Origin: a virus
Strand: one strand, 5' to 3'
Virus genome (UHGV): UHGV-0103843
DNA length: 21,182 bases
In this document: piece after piece, positions 20,201 through 21,182 of the stretch
Layout: each line of letters opens with the position of its first letter
Position numbering within the stretch: the first letter of the stretch is position 1
Notes under the pieces: generated by a model
Seen by the model: the letters and a program-made list of their open reading frames with translations, nothing else
Database searches by the model: none
What the model was told of the DNA's origin: nothing
Translations under genes and position numbers: made by a program

Positions 20201-20308
20201 AGGCCTCACCTCCGATTTTTCGGATGGCGCTGTGTGTGTATGAAAAGGATCAGGCTTCACTGGCTGGATTTTCAACAAAGCACGTAGTGATTGATTCCCG
20301 TGAGCCTG

Positions 20309-20333
20309 AAATAAAAAACCCGCTCAAGGCGGG
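20309..20333 (-). terminator. Intrinsic terminator between the tRNA pair and the holin gene
   Basis: Minus strand CCCGC-CTTGA-GCGGG followed by TTTTTTATTT. Confidence 0.6.
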
Positions 20334-20389
20334 AATGTTAGGGTGTGGCAATGTCAGCTCTGCGGCTGAAGATACCCTGGCTGGGTTTT

Positions 20390-20465
20390 TGGTGCCGGTT
20401 AACGGATTTGAACCGCTACCTATTCACTTACAAGGCGACCGCTCTACCATTGGAGCTAAACCAGC
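20390..20465 (-). tRNA. tRNA-Thr (anticodon UGU)-like, phage-encoded
   Basis: 76 nt folded by hand: 7-bp acceptor stem with one G-U pair, D-stem GCUC/GAGC with the GG loop, anticodon loop CUUGUAA (U33, UGU, A37), T-arm AGCGG-UUCAAAU-CCGUU, discriminator A and encoded CCA. The anticodon stem has one mismatch. Confidence 0.55.
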
Positions 20466-20470
20466 ATGTT

Positions 20471-20545
20471 TGGCGGGACAGCGTGGACTCGAACCACGAT
20501 AAGAAGGTTAACAGCCTTCCGTAATGACCTTTATACGACTGACCC
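20471..20545 (-). tRNA. tRNA-Asn (anticodon GUU)-like, phage-encoded, atypical D-arm
   Basis: 75 nt folded by hand: anticodon stem GAAGG/CCUUC, loop CUGUUAA, T-arm CGUGG-UUCGAGU-CCACG, discriminator G and CCA as in E. coli tRNA-Asn. Acceptor stem has one U-U mismatch and the D-stem is weak, so it may be degenerate. Confidence 0.5.
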
Positions 20546-20546
20546 A

Positions 20547-20591
20547 AATAAAAAAAGCCACCGTTGCAACTTAAGAGTCACTAACGGCAGC
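20547..20591 (-). terminator. tR'-like intrinsic terminator immediately downstream of Q
   Basis: Minus strand GCUGCCGUU ... AACGGUGGC (9-bp stem with two G-U pairs, large loop) followed by UUUUUUUAUUU, ending 1-2 nt before the first tRNA. Confidence 0.45.
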
Positions 20592-20601
20592 TTACCCTCT
20601 A

Positions 20602-20631
20602 ATTATGGCTAAATGGCTAATTGCATGTCAA
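20602..20631 (-). promoter_or_regulatory. Candidate late promoter (PR'-like) overlapping the 3' end of Q
   Basis: Minus strand -35 TTGACA (20631-20626), an 18-bp spacer, and -10 CATAAT (20607-20602) directly after the Q stop codon. The predicted transcript would enter the tR'-like hairpin almost immediately. Confidence 0.4.
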
Positions 20632-21127
20632 GGCTTTTAACAGCAACATGCTTAACTTTCTCAACACGTTTACGCATTTTGAAAGCATTTTGCATTGGCT
20701 GGTATAAAACAAATAATGACGCTTTCAGGATGTCGTCAATTTCGTTTCTACAGGTTGCCAGTGAAGGTTTTCTCCATCCCTCGCCACCACGTCCACACAT
20801 CTTGCGTGGCTTTGCAGTCGCGTGATAGTAGGATGCAATTGCTCGCTTAGATGAACCATGAGCGTAGTAGCTGAGGAGGATGCCAAAGGCTTTCTTGTCA
20901 ATGTACATGACGGAATCGACGACCTGAGAAATCAACATTCCATCATCATCATTACACATTGGCCTTGTCATAATTCTTCCCGGCTCTACGCTCTCCATGA
21001 ACTTCGCTATTACGCTGCTCATGCGCTTTTCCAGACGACCTGAATAAACCCATGCGCCCCACAGTTCAAGCCAGCCATTCAGCCACTCGTGCTGCTCTTT
21101 GGTGAGGTTTAGTTCTCTTATGCCCAC
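20609..21127 (-). CDS. Late-gene antiterminator Q (phage 82 / Q-family type)
   Basis: 172 aa containing ELWGAW and RPMCNDDDGMLIS, which resemble conserved features of Q82-type antiterminators as remembered. Immediately upstream of the lysis cassette. The track start is a GTG with GGGAGAAGG upstream; the exact start is uncertain. Confidence 0.75.
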   Translation of the reverse strand: MGIRELNLTKEQHEWLNGWLELWGAWVYSGRLEKRMSSVIAKFMESVEPGRIMTRPMCNDDDGMLISQVVDSVMYIDKKAFGILLSYYAHGSSKRAIASYYHATAKPRKMCGRGGEGWRKPSLATCRNEIDDILKASLFVLYQPMQNAFKMRKRVEKVKHVAVKSLDMQLAI

Positions 21128-21182
21128 GCGCCTTCTCCCTGTACCTGAATCAATGTGAGGTTTCCGCAGAACACTGCGCCGG

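Noticed and set aside
20226-20240. Short (TG)n dinucleotide run upstream of the holin
   Set aside because: Only about 5 repeats, too short to call a simple-sequence repeat or phase-variation tract.
20201-20278. Upstream TTG start for the holin at 20278
   Set aside because: Non-ATG start without a ribosome-binding site. The MKM dual start at 20200/20194 follows GGAGGTGA and matches lambda and P22 holins.
20224-20502. 92-aa plus-strand ORF spanning the holin leader, terminator and Thr-like tRNA
   Set aside because: Runs antisense through a terminator and a tRNA-like gene with no ribosome-binding site.
1-21182. CRISPR array, insertion-sequence inverted repeats, attachment site, or integrase
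   Set aside because: No spaced direct repeats and no transposase or integrase reading frames were seen by eye. The tRNA-like sequences sit inside the late operon rather than at a prophage end, so they are not read as att sites.

Overview
This window reads as about 21 kb of a P22-like (lambdoid, short-tailed) temperate phage or prophage, with almost everything on the minus strand. All calls rest on reading the six-frame translations and the sequence by eye, and on remembered protein sequences of P22, lambda and HslV; no database search was run. In transcription order (high to low coordinates) the window holds: a Q-type antiterminator; two tRNA-like genes flanked by intrinsic terminators; a holin / GH24 endolysin / Rz-Rz1 lysis cassette; a small cargo region including an HslV-like peptidase; terminase small and large subunits; portal, scaffold and coat; gp4, gp10, gp26, gp14 and the ejection proteins gp7, gp20, gp16; a divergent lipoprotein / membrane-protein pair; the immI region (mnt, arc, ant with their operators); and the 5' end of the tailspike gene running off the window start. 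The most striking feature is an AT-rich HNH homing-endonuclease gene inserted into the 5' end of gene 10, leaving the displaced original 31 codons as a remnant and supplying a recoded replacement copy. Adjacent genes are tightly packed with ATGA / TAATG stop-start overlaps. Two coordinate caveats apply. Internal start codons were re-chosen from the ORF track where a homolog, ribosome-binding site or signal peptide supported it. Near 21000-21182 my reading of the printed sequence is one base out of register with the ORF track, so the Q start and any site beyond about 21000 may be off by 1 nt.
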